A stretch of DNA of 64,000 nucleotides, taken from Elusimicrobia bacterium CG_4_9_14_3_um_filter_62_55 (GTDB taxonomy: Bacteria > Elusimicrobiota > Elusimicrobia > UBA1565). This document shows, piece after piece, positions 42,953 through 52,452 of this stretch; the first letter of the stretch is position 1; the number at the start of each line of letters is the position of its first letter. The stretch lies in NCBI GenBank assembly GCA_002790095.1, contig PFUL01000184.1:2740-66739 (forward strand), read 5' to 3'. The notes under the pieces were generated by a model. That model was not told the DNA's origin. It was given only the letters and a program-made list of their open reading frames with translations, and ran no database searches. Position numbers and translations under genes: made by a program.

Positions 42953-43026
42953 AACAAAAGGCGGCCTATTGCATCCGCAGCCGATCAAGTCGGCGCGGCG
43001 CCGCCGTCTTCCAGCACGGCCGGATG

Positions 43027-43059
43027 CAAGGGAGCCCTCGCGTTTGGGGTCGCGAGGGC
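43027..43059. terminator. Strong hairpin (12-bp stem GGAGCCCTCGCG / CGCGAGGGCTCC, 8-nt loop) between convergent genes
   Basis: Read directly; no U-tract. Plausible bidirectional terminator. Confidence 0.35.
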
Positions 43060-43125
43060 TCCTGCGTGGGAGACAGAGGCCGAGACTCCGTCATCACCGA
43101 GATCGTCTTAATTAATTTCGTATGT

Positions 43126-43572
43126 TTATGCGCCTTTGTCAACCCCGGCACGGCCTTTAAGGAGGCGTTGGCACTGCCGCACGCCCATGTCGACGCCGTA
43201 GAACTCCCGCAGGTGCTGCGAGAGCATCTCTCCGGTCCACTTCTTCGCGTCCGATCCGACCGCTTCCGGACCGCGCTCGAGATCGGAGCGCAGGAACTCC
43301 CTCTGTTCGCCGGTCAGCATGTTCGGGCGACCGGGGCGCTTCTTCTCCTGAAGACCCTGCACTCCTTCCCTCTCAAATCGTTTTACCCAGTATTCGACGG
43401 CGCGCGGGCTCTGGCCCCAGATCGCGGCGGTTTTATAGCAACTGAGTCCCCTGCAAACGGCCAGGACGCCGTGCAAACGATGATTGTAGCGTGAGTCGCC
43501 GTTGCGCATGATCTCCTGCCAAATGATGCGCTCGCTGCCGTCCCGGTCGCGAACTTTCAGGGGTTGAACCAT
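43126..43572 (-). CDS. IS630-family transposase N-terminal HTH domains only (DDE domain absent): remnant or domesticated regulator
   Basis: PGRPNMLTGEQREFL...WTGEMLSQHLREFYGVDMGVRQCQRLLK matches the IS630 HTH pattern. An AAGGAG RBS precedes MVQPLK. There is no room for a DDE domain before the next gene. Confidence 0.6.
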   Translation of the reverse strand: MVQPLKVRDRDGSERIIWQEIMRNGDSRYNHRLHGVLAVCRGLSCYKTAAIWGQSPRAVEYWVKRFEREGVQGLQEKKRPGRPNMLTGEQREFLRSDLERGPEAVGSDAKKWTGEMLSQHLREFYGVDMGVRQCQRLLKGRAGVDKGA

Positions 43573-43593
43573 GCTGAATCTCCTTGCTCGCAA

Positions 43594-43660
43594 TGAATAT
43601 AGAAAACTTTTTCTATTTACGCAAATAATTATGTCGCCTTTTTAGCAAAAAGGAGCCTCG
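43594..43660. promoter_or_regulatory. AT-rich promoter region with two near-palindromes (TAGAAAAC/TTTTTCTA and CTTTTTAGCAAAAAG)
   Basis: Read directly upstream of 43126..43572. Confidence 0.35.
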
Positions 43661-43744
43661 GCGGGGACCGATCTGCATAGGAATCGTCCGGGAATCGACA
43701 GCGAGACGTCGAGGGTTGATCGCAGGGTCAGCGATCGTAGGACG

Positions 43745-44326
43745 CTATTTCGCCGGCGTTATCGGCGGGGCCCCGCGATGGGGGCGTATGCTTCCGTCTT
43801 CATGGTAAGAATAGGCCCATCCGTGGTAAACGATCTCGTACTCGGGCGGCGCCGCATCAGAATCCAGCCAGCGGATCTCTCCCGCTGAAGCGCAAGCGAC
43901 CATCGGGGACCCCGCTTCGGGGCGCGGAAGACCGCAGCCCCCTGCTTCGCGCGGACTCACCGCATTGATCCAATAATGCGCCGTTTGCCCGAGCGAGACA
44001 TCGGCGTAGCGGCAAGCGAATAGGGAACACGATGGGCACGAGGGGGTCGCGCAAGGTCGGCATGCGGTGTCCGGACAGCCCTCCAGCGTCGCCGCGGTCC
44101 GCGTCCGGTGTGCGTAACGCCCGCCGTGATCGGAGGCGAACATCCGATTCGCGGTCCCCAGTGCGGAGAGACGCCGCGCGGCGTCCCGCGCTCGCTCGAG
44201 CTTGACCGACTTGGCGTGGTGACGCAGGCCGAACGCCAAGCCGATGGAGAGCAAGAGCAAAACGACGATGAGCTCCAACGCGGTGAATCCGGCACAGCAA
44301 CGCATTATTCGACGACTTTCAGTCAT
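43745..44326 (-). CDS. Prepilin-type N-terminal cleavage/methylation domain protein (pseudopilin/minor pilin)
   Basis: ...AG|FTALELIVVLLLLSIGLAFGL matches the prepilin motif. Cysteine-rich C-terminal region. Confidence 0.65.
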   Translation of the reverse strand: MTESRRIMRCCAGFTALELIVVLLLLSIGLAFGLRHHAKSVKLERARDAARRLSALGTANRMFASDHGGRYAHRTRTAATLEGCPDTACRPCATPSCPSCSLFACRYADVSLGQTAHYWINAVSPREAGGCGLPRPEAGSPMVACASAGEIRWLDSDAAPPEYEIVYHGWAYSYHEDGSIRPHRGAPPITPAK

Positions 44327-44335
44327 GCTCGTCGG

Positions 44336-45766
44336 TCAGTTCGCATGCAGGCGCTCGATGCGCAGGGATATCTCCGGCGCCGGCGGCTTTCCCAACGCGC
44401 TCCCCAGCGCCATGGCGCCCGCGCTGGCGGCGAGCGCGAACAACACCGGCGAAAATTTCGGGATGGCGAAGCCGCCGAGTTCCAGCGCGAGATAGACCAC
44501 CGCACCGACGAGGATCGACGCGCTTCCCCCGATCCTGTTCGCCTTCTTCCACCACAGCCCTGCGAGCAACGGGACGAAGAGACTCGCCGAAAGCAATCCA
44601 ATCGCCGACGAATAAAAGGTCGTGATCAGTTTCGGAGGATGGTAGGCGCACGCCATCGCGAACAACCCGATTGCCCATGGGACGGCAGCGGTCGTGAGTC
44701 GGCGCACGCGTTCCCCTTTGCGGGCAAGAAACGGCCCCAACAGGTCGTGCGTCACGGCGGCCGAACACGCCAAGAGCAGCGCGTCCGTGGTGGACATCAC
44801 GGCGGCCAGCACGGCGGCGATTCCCAATCCCCGGACGAAAGGAGGGAACTGCCCCTGCATCACTTTCAAAAAAACCTGGTCGGCGTCCTGAAGTCCGGGA
44901 TGAAGCAGAATCCCGACGGGCACGATGATCAAAACCGCGGCGAGGATCAGGATCGAGTAGAGGATCATGGCCAAATTCAGTGAAACCCGGGCCCCTTCCG
45001 CGTCCTTCGCGGTGAAGACGCGCATCACGATGTGCGGGATCACGGGAATCGCCGCGGCCCACAGGGTAAAAATCCCCAAGAGACTCGCAATAGGAGTTTG
45101 AGTCATTTCCCCCAATTTCGGAGCAGCCTCGGTCGCGCGATCCAGGACGGCGAGCGGAGCCCCCTGGTCGTAGGTCAAGGCGGCCGCAGTCCCGAGGACT
45201 ACGAGCAGCATCAGCGTCCCCTGAACGACATCGGTCCAGGTCACCGCCAGCATGCCCCCCAAAGAGACATAGGCGACGAACACCAGAGTCGAGGCGGTGA
45301 CCGCGGTCTTATACTCCATCCCGAGCAGCACCTGGGCCGTGATCCCCGCGGCCTTCATTTGCGCGACGATGTAAACCGTAAAACTGAAGAGAATGAAGAG
45401 GGGCACGCACCACCGGGCCACCGCCCCCGGATAGCGGAAGGTCAGAAAATCCGAAATCGTGATGCTCTCGAACCGGCGAAGCGGAGCGGCGACGAGCACG
45501 GCGGCCAGCGGAAAGCCGAGAATGGCTCCCGCGAAGAGAGCTAACGTGAACGGAATCCCTGATTTGTAGGCGAGTCCCATCACCCCGATGATCGACCCGC
45601 CCGAGGCGAGGCTCGCCATGATCGCCATCGCGTTCGCCGCGACGCCGATCGACCGTCCGGCCACCCAATATTCGCTCTCGCTATCGGCGCCGCGCCGGGC
45701 GAAGTAGACGCCGATGCCGGTGCAGGACGCCAGGTAGACCCCGACGAGAATCGCCTCTACGCTCAC
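44336..45766 (-). CDS. Sodium:solute symporter family (SSS) transporter
   Basis: 13-14 TM segments. GTG start overlaps the stop of the upstream small subunit (GTGA). The track ORF start 46072 is over-extended. Confidence 0.75.
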   Translation of the reverse strand: MSVEAILVGVYLASCTGIGVYFARRGADSESEYWVAGRSIGVAANAMAIMASLASGGSIIGVMGLAYKSGIPFTLALFAGAILGFPLAAVLVAAPLRRFESITISDFLTFRYPGAVARWCVPLFILFSFTVYIVAQMKAAGITAQVLLGMEYKTAVTASTLVFVAYVSLGGMLAVTWTDVVQGTLMLLVVLGTAAALTYDQGAPLAVLDRATEAAPKLGEMTQTPIASLLGIFTLWAAAIPVIPHIVMRVFTAKDAEGARVSLNLAMILYSILILAAVLIIVPVGILLHPGLQDADQVFLKVMQGQFPPFVRGLGIAAVLAAVMSTTDALLLACSAAVTHDLLGPFLARKGERVRRLTTAAVPWAIGLFAMACAYHPPKLITTFYSSAIGLLSASLFVPLLAGLWWKKANRIGGSASILVGAVVYLALELGGFAIPKFSPVLFALAASAGAMALGSALGKPPAPEISLRIERLHAN

Positions 45767-45960
45767 CGGCGGGCGCCGGTCCGCATGTGGAGATATCCCA
45801 CGAGAGGACCCGCGACCATCAGCGCGGCCATCCACCATCCGAACCACGAGACGCCGTGCCAGGCACGAGCGCGGAGTTGAGGAAGAACAAAACCGACCGC
45901 GGAAAGTCCGAAGACAACGAGGAGAAAGGCGGCGTCCTTGCCCCCCAGCCGGTAAAACAT
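45763..45960 (-). CDS. Small membrane subunit (DUF4212-like) partnered with the SSS symporter
   Basis: 65 aa with two TM segments (MFYRLGGKDAAFLLVVFGLSAVGF...). Its ATG overlaps the kamA stop (ATGA). Confidence 0.55.
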   Translation of the reverse strand: MFYRLGGKDAAFLLVVFGLSAVGFVLPQLRARAWHGVSWFGWWMAALMVAGPLVGYLHMRTGARR

Positions 45961-47339
45961 CAGGCGACCGACTTCTCCTTCGACCGCTCCCGCCAATAGG
46001 CGACGCCCGCCTCGGGCAAGGAGCCGATCGGATCGTAATACTCGTAGCGGCGCGCGAGCGCTTCGGGATCATCGTATTCGATCCCGGTCCGGTAGTTCTT
46101 CGTCCAGTAGGAAATGCCCCGTTCCCGGTCGTAGTCGGCGGCCTGATGCACCCAGCGCTTGCCGACGTAGGGAACGTCGCAGAGCAGACGCGGAGTCGCG
46201 AAACCGGGCAGATACCCCATGAGGTCGTGCTGGAGCCGCTGCGCCTCGGACACCGAAATCCGCCAATGCTCGGAGTTGGGGATCATGTCGCACATGTAGA
46301 AGTAGTACGGCATGATCTTCGCATTGTCGAGCAGCGAGAAGCACAGGTCCAGCAGATCCTTCGCCGTCGTGTTGGTGCCGCGCAGCAGGACGCCCTGGTT
46401 GCGCACGTCGCGAAAGCCCAAGTCGAGAATCTTCTCCACGGCTTTCCGGACCAACGGGGTGATCTGGGAGGCGTGGTTCGCGTGCGTATGAAGGGCGATG
46501 TCCACGCCCCTCTGCCGGGCTTTCTTCGCGAGACGCTCGAAACCCTTGAGCACCTCGTCCTGAAGGAAATGCTGCGGAATCGCGATCAGCCCCTTGGACG
46601 CAAGACGGATGTCCCGGATATTCGGAATGTCCATCAAGGCGCTGACGAACGGCTCAAGATTTTGGATCGGGAGATTCGCGATATCACCGCCGGAAACGAC
46701 GACGTCGCGCACAGAGGGGGTCTTGCGCAGATACTCGAGAATCGCCTCATAGCGCTCGGCCGGCTTCATGCCGAACGCGTGCTTGGTCACCTGCTCGGTA
46801 TTGTTTCCCACCAAATCCATGCGCGTACAGTGACCGCAATACTGAGGACAGGTCGCCAGCATCTCGGCGAGCACCTTCGTGGGATACCGGTGCGTGAGAC
46901 CTTCCACCGCCCACATCTCCGCTTCATGCAGACTGTCCCGGCTGGCCATCGGATGGTTCGGCCACTCGGCGTGACGGTCCGAGATCATCGGCAGGAAGTA
47001 GCGCCGAACGGGATCGTTCCGGAAGTTCGCAGGGTCCATCGCATTGATCATTTGCGGCGGCACCAGGATAGACATCGTCGCCAGGCGTTTCTGGTCCAGG
47101 GCGATTTCCTCGGCGCAGTCCTCGGGAAGCAGTTCCCCAAAAACCTCTTTTAATTCCTTGATATTTTTAACCGAGTGACGCCGCTGCCAGAGCGCGCTCT
47201 CCCAATCCGCCGCCGAAACGTCCTTCCACCCCGGAAACCGTCTCCAGTCGGGTTCGACGAATTCCCGCTTCAACGGGTATTCAAACGGCTGCTGGGCCGC
47301 ATGAGCCGAGGGCTTTTCAGTTCGCACAATCTTCGCCAT
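45960..47339 (-). CDS. kamA: Lysine 2,3-aminomutase family radical SAM enzyme
   Basis: CPQYCGHCTRM (CxxxCxxC) and the KamA-family N-terminal W..W..W region. 459 aa. Confidence 0.8.
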   Translation of the reverse strand: MAKIVRTEKPSAHAAQQPFEYPLKREFVEPDWRRFPGWKDVSAADWESALWQRRHSVKNIKELKEVFGELLPEDCAEEIALDQKRLATMSILVPPQMINAMDPANFRNDPVRRYFLPMISDRHAEWPNHPMASRDSLHEAEMWAVEGLTHRYPTKVLAEMLATCPQYCGHCTRMDLVGNNTEQVTKHAFGMKPAERYEAILEYLRKTPSVRDVVVSGGDIANLPIQNLEPFVSALMDIPNIRDIRLASKGLIAIPQHFLQDEVLKGFERLAKKARQRGVDIALHTHANHASQITPLVRKAVEKILDLGFRDVRNQGVLLRGTNTTAKDLLDLCFSLLDNAKIMPYYFYMCDMIPNSEHWRISVSEAQRLQHDLMGYLPGFATPRLLCDVPYVGKRWVHQAADYDRERGISYWTKNYRTGIEYDDPEALARRYEYYDPIGSLPEAGVAYWRERSKEKSVA

Positions 47340-47368
47340 AATGCGCTTATTCTACTATAATCATCCCG

Positions 47369-48187
47369 ATGAGAAGAGGGGCCCTCCCAGCCTTCCTGAG
47401 CGCGAGTCTCTTCGCCCTCCTGGCGGCGCGCGGCCAAGCCGCGAAGCCGGAATGGGACAAGATCAAGAAGGGCGTTGAAGCGGCGCGCGACCTGCGGGAC
47501 GAACTCCACTTAGGCGCCGAGAACGAGAAGGCCCTCGGCCGCGAGGTCGCGGCCTACCTGATCGCGCGCCACGGATTGGTCCAAGACGAAGAACTGACCC
47601 GCTATGTATCTCTGGTGGGAAGGACGCTCGCGCGCAAAGCCAAACCCATCGAGGTCCCCTATGCGTTCGGCGTGCTAGACACGGACGCCGTGAACGCCTA
47701 CGCGACGCCGGGAGGGCATGTTCTCGTCACGAAAGGTCTTCTTGCGAAGCTCAACAACGAAGCGCAGCTCGCGGGCGTGCTCGCCCACGAACTCGTGCAT
47801 GTTTACGACAAACACGCCGTGAAGGGATTCGTGAAGGCCAAGGCCTTAGGCGCTCTCGGCGGGAAAATCGCGGAAAAATCGGAATTCAAAAGCGTCGTGA
47901 AGGACCTCATCGAAGGCATCGCCGACAAAGGCTTCCCGCGGGCCGACGAATTTAAAGCCGACAAGGAAGCGATTCTACTGATGCGCTCCGCGGGATACAA
48001 CGCCTACGGCCTCAGCGCCGCGCTGGAACGGCTTTACGGAAAGAAGCAGGAAAAACTCACCGCCTCCTTCCACAGCCGCCATCCGACGCTGAAATCGCGG
48101 CTGGACCGTCTCACGAAGCAGCTGCAAGGGGTTCCCCCCAAAGAAGGCGAGATCCTCGGCAGCCGCTTCCGCGGCCACGCCCGCTAA
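47369..48187 (+). CDS. Secreted M48-family zinc metallopeptidase
   Basis: Signal peptide and HELVH (HExxH) motif. Confidence 0.75.
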   Translation: MRRGALPAFLSASLFALLAARGQAAKPEWDKIKKGVEAARDLRDELHLGAENEKALGREVAAYLIARHGLVQDEELTRYVSLVGRTLARKAKPIEVPYAFGVLDTDAVNAYATPGGHVLVTKGLLAKLNNEAQLAGVLAHELVHVYDKHAVKGFVKAKALGALGGKIAEKSEFKSVVKDLIEGIADKGFPRADEFKADKEAILLMRSAGYNAYGLSAALERLYGKKQEKLTASFHSRHPTLKSRLDRLTKQLQGVPPKEGEILGSRFRGHAR

Positions 48188-49350
48188 GGCTTAACGCTCA
48201 ACGCCGGCAGGATCGCGTCGGCCGCGATCCGGTGCCCTTCGGCGTTCGGATGCCAATCCCCGGGACTTACGCGCAGCGTTTTCGTCGGCGCGGGATGCGC
48301 CCGAAATGACGGGAGCAGGTCCACGACGGCGAAACCGCGGGAGCGCGCCTCGGCCGCGACCTTCGCGTGGATGTCCTCGAAGAGGTAGTGATCGAGATCC
48401 TGCAGAATGGGAAACACCACGAACACCGGATAAACCCCGCGCGCCCGGCACAGGTCCGCGATGCCGGCGAGCGAGCGGCGGAACAAATCCCACCCCGGAC
48501 TCCCATCGGCGTACAACCCTTGGATGAAATCCTCGTACGGGCGCGTGCGCAGGTTGTATGCCTTCACGAGCAGGAAAAACAGATGCGAACGCCACAGCAC
48601 CTTCATCTCGAACGACGGCCAAGGCGTCATCGGATAAAGGTAATACGGCTGAATCTCGGCGTCGTTGAGCGTAAACTGAACGACGAGCGCCCGGGGCCGA
48701 TGCCGATCGAGCCCGCCTTCGGCGAGATAGCGGAGTTCGGACGCGGTATTCCATCCCGGCCGCGCCGCGTTCACGGTGACGACTTTCCCGGGTCCGCCCG
48801 CGGAGTTTAGCCGCGCTTCCAACCGCTGCAGAAAGGTCTCCTCCCACTCCACCCCTTGCCCGAACGTGAACGAATCCCCTAGTCCCATCAGCACGCGCTT
48901 TCCCGCCCGCGACTCGGGACTCACCGTCGGTCCCCGAAACCCTTCCGCGTTGAGGCGGTAGCGCTTGAGCCCGAAACTGGGCTGCAGCGGACCCTGACCG
49001 CCCCCCCACTCGGCGCGACCCGTCAGGCGAACGCCCCACTCGCACACGAGAAGCCCCGCCGTCAACCCGCCCGCAACCATCAAAAAAATCGAACGGCGCT
49101 TCCATTCCGATCGCAAGACTTCGGCCTCCTCGCGCGCGGTCAGAAAGAAGGGGAGAATCGCCGTCGCCGCGAATCCGGCGAGCGTCACGCCATAGGCGGC
49201 GCTCGGAGAATATGGGCCGGGCGTCGTCGGATAACCCAAAAGCCACACCCCAACGGCGAACGCGCCGACGGCTGCGAGAGAAAAGGCAAACCGATCCGCC
49301 CTGCCCATCCTCCGGGGTCTGGATTTGGATTTTCCGCCCCGGCGGCCCAT
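48184..49350 (-). CDS. Membrane-anchored SGNH/GDSL-family hydrolase
   Basis: N-terminal TM segments and a GLGDSFTFG (GDS) block. Confidence 0.55.
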   Translation of the reverse strand: MGRRGGKSKSRPRRMGRADRFAFSLAAVGAFAVGVWLLGYPTTPGPYSPSAAYGVTLAGFAATAILPFFLTAREEAEVLRSEWKRRSIFLMVAGGLTAGLLVCEWGVRLTGRAEWGGGQGPLQPSFGLKRYRLNAEGFRGPTVSPESRAGKRVLMGLGDSFTFGQGVEWEETFLQRLEARLNSAGGPGKVVTVNAARPGWNTASELRYLAEGGLDRHRPRALVVQFTLNDAEIQPYYLYPMTPWPSFEMKVLWRSHLFFLLVKAYNLRTRPYEDFIQGLYADGSPGWDLFRRSLAGIADLCRARGVYPVFVVFPILQDLDHYLFEDIHAKVAAEARSRGFAVVDLLPSFRAHPAPTKTLRVSPGDWHPNAEGHRIAADAILPALSVKP

Positions 49351-50129
49351 CAGTCTTTCAGGTAGAGCTTCTGCGGGTCCAAGACTTCCCGGAGGAGACG
49401 CAGTTCTTCAGCGGTGGGCGGAGCCGCATCGCCGAGGGAAGGCTTGGCCTTCAGATCCCAGCCGATCGAGTCGCGAAGCTCCGAGACGTCCACGCCGGGG
49501 TATAAAGCGCTCAGGACGAGTTCCCCCGATTGCGGATCGGCTTCCAGAACCCCCTTGTCGGTAATGACCTTGACGGGACCGGCGCCGGGCATCCCGAGTT
49601 CCTTGCGGGTCTTGCCGTTGCAGACATGACCGGGGCTGGTGATAAAATCCACGCGCTCGGGGAACATCCTTTTTCCCAGCTTGGAAATGATCAAGGTTCG
49701 TCGAGCGTGCGCGGCGATCTCGGAGGCGCCGCCGGAACCTGGAAGCCGCACTTTCGGCGCGGCGTAGTCGCCGATCACGGTCGTGTTGATGTTGCCGTAC
49801 TTGTCGATTTGGGCTCCGCCCAGAAACCCGACCTGGATCTTCCCGCCCTGCAGGAAGTAATTGAAAACGTCGGTCATCGGCGCGACCATCAGCGATCCCG
49901 TCACCAGACACGGATCACCGATCGACACCGGGAGACGCTCCGGAACCGCGCCGACAGCCCCGGATTCGTAGAGCAACAACAGATTCGGCGCGTGCGTCGC
50001 GCGCGCTAAATTGCAAGCGAGATTGGGCAGCCCGATCCCGACGAAGACGACGTCCCCGTCGCGCAATTCCCGCGCCGCGACCGTCGTCATGATCTCGTTA
50101 GGCTTGTAGGCGGGAATCTCAGAAACCAT
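49350..50129 (-). CDS. CoA-transferase subunit B (family I, glutaconate/3-oxoacid CoA-transferase beta)
   Basis: Family-I beta-subunit pattern including GGASE-like SGGASE region. Confidence 0.8.
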   Translation of the reverse strand: MVSEIPAYKPNEIMTTVAARELRDGDVVFVGIGLPNLACNLARATHAPNLLLLYESGAVGAVPERLPVSIGDPCLVTGSLMVAPMTDVFNYFLQGGKIQVGFLGGAQIDKYGNINTTVIGDYAAPKVRLPGSGGASEIAAHARRTLIISKLGKRMFPERVDFITSPGHVCNGKTRKELGMPGAGPVKVITDKGVLEADPQSGELVLSALYPGVDVSELRDSIGWDLKAKPSLGDAAPPTAEELRLLREVLDPQKLYLKD

Positions 50130-51027
50130 AATTGACTCCCGCGCAGACCTGATCGGTGATCGCCAAGCGTTCCGCCAAACCAGGATTCCTTTTCATGTAG
50201 CCGGCCCGGTCCTCCACTCCATAGACGAACTCGTCCAGATACTTCTTCAGCGACCCGGCGTCCTTGGCGATCTCGTCCCAGGCGATGTAGAAATCATTGT
50301 CGCGATCGTAATAGCCCTGCGCATAGGACGGATGGGCCCCGAACGGCTCGACAACGACGGCACTCACGATCAGAGAGGGGATCAACGTGCGATTCGGATC
50401 GGAGCGGATCGTTTTCTCGTCCACGAGTTCCTCAACGACGACGATGACGCTCTGAGACGCGAATGCGGCTTCCTTTTGAACGCCGAGCAGCCCCCACACC
50501 TGGGCGTTTCCTTCCGCGTCCGCCCGCTGCGCGTGAATAATCGTCACGTCGGGATTCAGCGCGGGGACGGTCGACAGCGTCTCCCCGGTATACGGGCAAA
50601 CGATCGTTTTAATCCGAGGATTCGCCTTCGGAAGATCGGTCCCCGCGTAATTGCGCAGCACCGCGAACGGAAGCCCGGAAGCGCCCGCCTGAAAACGCGC
50701 GACCATGCCGAAATGAGAATACTCCTCGATCTCGAACGGCTTCTCCGGTCCCTTGCCCTCGAGCGCACGCCGGAAGGAGTGCAGCGAGCCCACGCCGGGA
50801 TTCCCCGCCCAAGAGAACACCAGCTTTTTCACGACGCCCGCCGCGATCAACTGGTCGTAGATCAGATCAGGAGTCAAGCGGCAGACCGTCAGATCCTTCT
50901 TCTTCTGACGGATAATCTCATGAGCCGCCGCGAAGCAGATCAGATGCGTGAAGCCTTCGATAACGACCGTCGCCCCGTCCGGGACAAAGCGGGAGACGGC
51001 CTCCCGCATGGAGAGAACCTTGCTCAT
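50119..51027 (-). CDS. CoA-transferase subunit A (family I alpha)
   Basis: Family-I alpha-subunit pattern. Confidence 0.8.
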   Translation of the reverse strand: MSKVLSMREAVSRFVPDGATVVIEGFTHLICFAAAHEIIRQKKKDLTVCRLTPDLIYDQLIAAGVVKKLVFSWAGNPGVGSLHSFRRALEGKGPEKPFEIEEYSHFGMVARFQAGASGLPFAVLRNYAGTDLPKANPRIKTIVCPYTGETLSTVPALNPDVTIIHAQRADAEGNAQVWGLLGVQKEAAFASQSVIVVVEELVDEKTIRSDPNRTLIPSLIVSAVVVEPFGAHPSYAQGYYDRDNDFYIAWDEIAKDAGSLKKYLDEFVYGVEDRAGYMKRNPGLAERLAITDQVCAGVNYGF

Positions 51028-52451
51028 GTGAGTTCGGCGATCGTCTTCTCGAAAATCTTCAATCCGGCATCGACGTCGTATTCATCGAGGCACAACGGCG
51101 GGGCGACGCGGATCGTACTCGACCCGCAGGACAGCAGCAGCAGGCCGTTGCGGAATCCGCGCTGCATGATGTCGTCGACCAACTGCTTCGCCGGGACCTT
51201 CGTCTTGCGGTCCTTCACGAACTCGACGCCGATGAACAATCCTTCACCGCGGACGTCGCCGATGCAGGGGAATTTTCTCTGAAGCTTTTTCAACCCCTCC
51301 ATCAGACGGGCGCCCATCTTGCGGGCGTTGGGCATGTATTCGTTCTCGATGAGATCGAGCGTCGCCAAGGCGGCGGCGCACGCGACGTTGTTTCCGCCGA
51401 AAGTCGAGCCGTGCGAACCGCCCTCCCACTTCATTACCGATTCCTTGGCGATGATCGCTCCCAGCGGCATCCCGGAAGCCAGACCCTTCGCGCTCAGCAG
51501 GACGTCCGGTTCGACGCCGGCGTGCTCGCAGGCCCACATTTTCCCCGTGCGTCCGACTCCCGATTGGATTTCATCGCAGACCAATAAAATACCGTACTCG
51601 TCGCACAGCGCCCGGAGCCCGCGCAGAAAAGATTTCGGCGGGAGGATGTATCCCCCCTCTCCGAGCATCGGCTCGATGAAGATCGCCGCGACGTCTTCCG
51701 GCGGCACCGCGCGTTGAAAGAGGTCCTCCTCGATGTGCGCGACGCAGGCTTCCCCCGCGTCTTTGAAGCGGCTCGCGTCGAAGGTCGTTCGGTAGGGATC
51801 CGCGTACTCCTCATGGTAGACGCCGGAAAGAAACGGGCCGAACGACGCCCGCTGCTTCACCTTGCTCGAGGTCAGGCTCATCGCCCCGTAGGAGCGTCCA
51901 TGGAACGCTCCCTTGAAGGCGATGATCGACTTGCGGCCGTCGTAGTTGCGGCAAAGCTTGATCGCCCCTTCGACGGCCTCGGTTCCGGAATTCGTCAGGA
52001 AAACCCGCTTCTTGCTGGAACCGGGGGCGATCTTCGCGAGACGCTCGAGCACCGCGGAGAAGTTGTCGTAGTACCAATCCGTCGAGCACATGCTGAAGAA
52101 GTCTCCGGCGCTTTGCCGGACCGCTTCGACGACCTTCGGATGCGCGTAGCCCGTGGAAGCGACCGCGATGCCCGCCATCCAATCGATGAAGCGGTTGCCG
52201 TCGGCGTCCTCAACCATCGCGCCTTCTCCCCGGGCGATCACCAGCGGGTACGCCTTGATGTAGGAGGTCGACGCGAACTTCTTGTCGCGGGCGATGATTT
52301 CGCGGCCACGCGGACCCGGCGGCGGCACGACGATGCGCGGGTAGCCGCGATCCGCGGAAGTCGGAGAGACGGGAGTCGACAACCGAGCTGCGCGCTTCAC
52401 GGACTTGGAATTCGACGATCCGCCGGAGGGACGCTTCGCCGCGTTCGTCAT
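51024..52451 (-). CDS. Class III (PLP) aminotransferase, GabT-like
   Basis: Start taken at MTNAAKRPSGG with GGAGG RBS. Class-III AT blocks are present. The track ORF start 52502 is over-extended. Confidence 0.75.
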   Translation of the reverse strand: MTNAAKRPSGGSSNSKSVKRAARLSTPVSPTSADRGYPRIVVPPPGPRGREIIARDKKFASTSYIKAYPLVIARGEGAMVEDADGNRFIDWMAGIAVASTGYAHPKVVEAVRQSAGDFFSMCSTDWYYDNFSAVLERLAKIAPGSSKKRVFLTNSGTEAVEGAIKLCRNYDGRKSIIAFKGAFHGRSYGAMSLTSSKVKQRASFGPFLSGVYHEEYADPYRTTFDASRFKDAGEACVAHIEEDLFQRAVPPEDVAAIFIEPMLGEGGYILPPKSFLRGLRALCDEYGILLVCDEIQSGVGRTGKMWACEHAGVEPDVLLSAKGLASGMPLGAIIAKESVMKWEGGSHGSTFGGNNVACAAALATLDLIENEYMPNARKMGARLMEGLKKLQRKFPCIGDVRGEGLFIGVEFVKDRKTKVPAKQLVDDIMQRGFRNGLLLLSCGSSTIRVAPPLCLDEYDVDAGLKIFEKTIAELT

Positions 52452-52452
52452 G

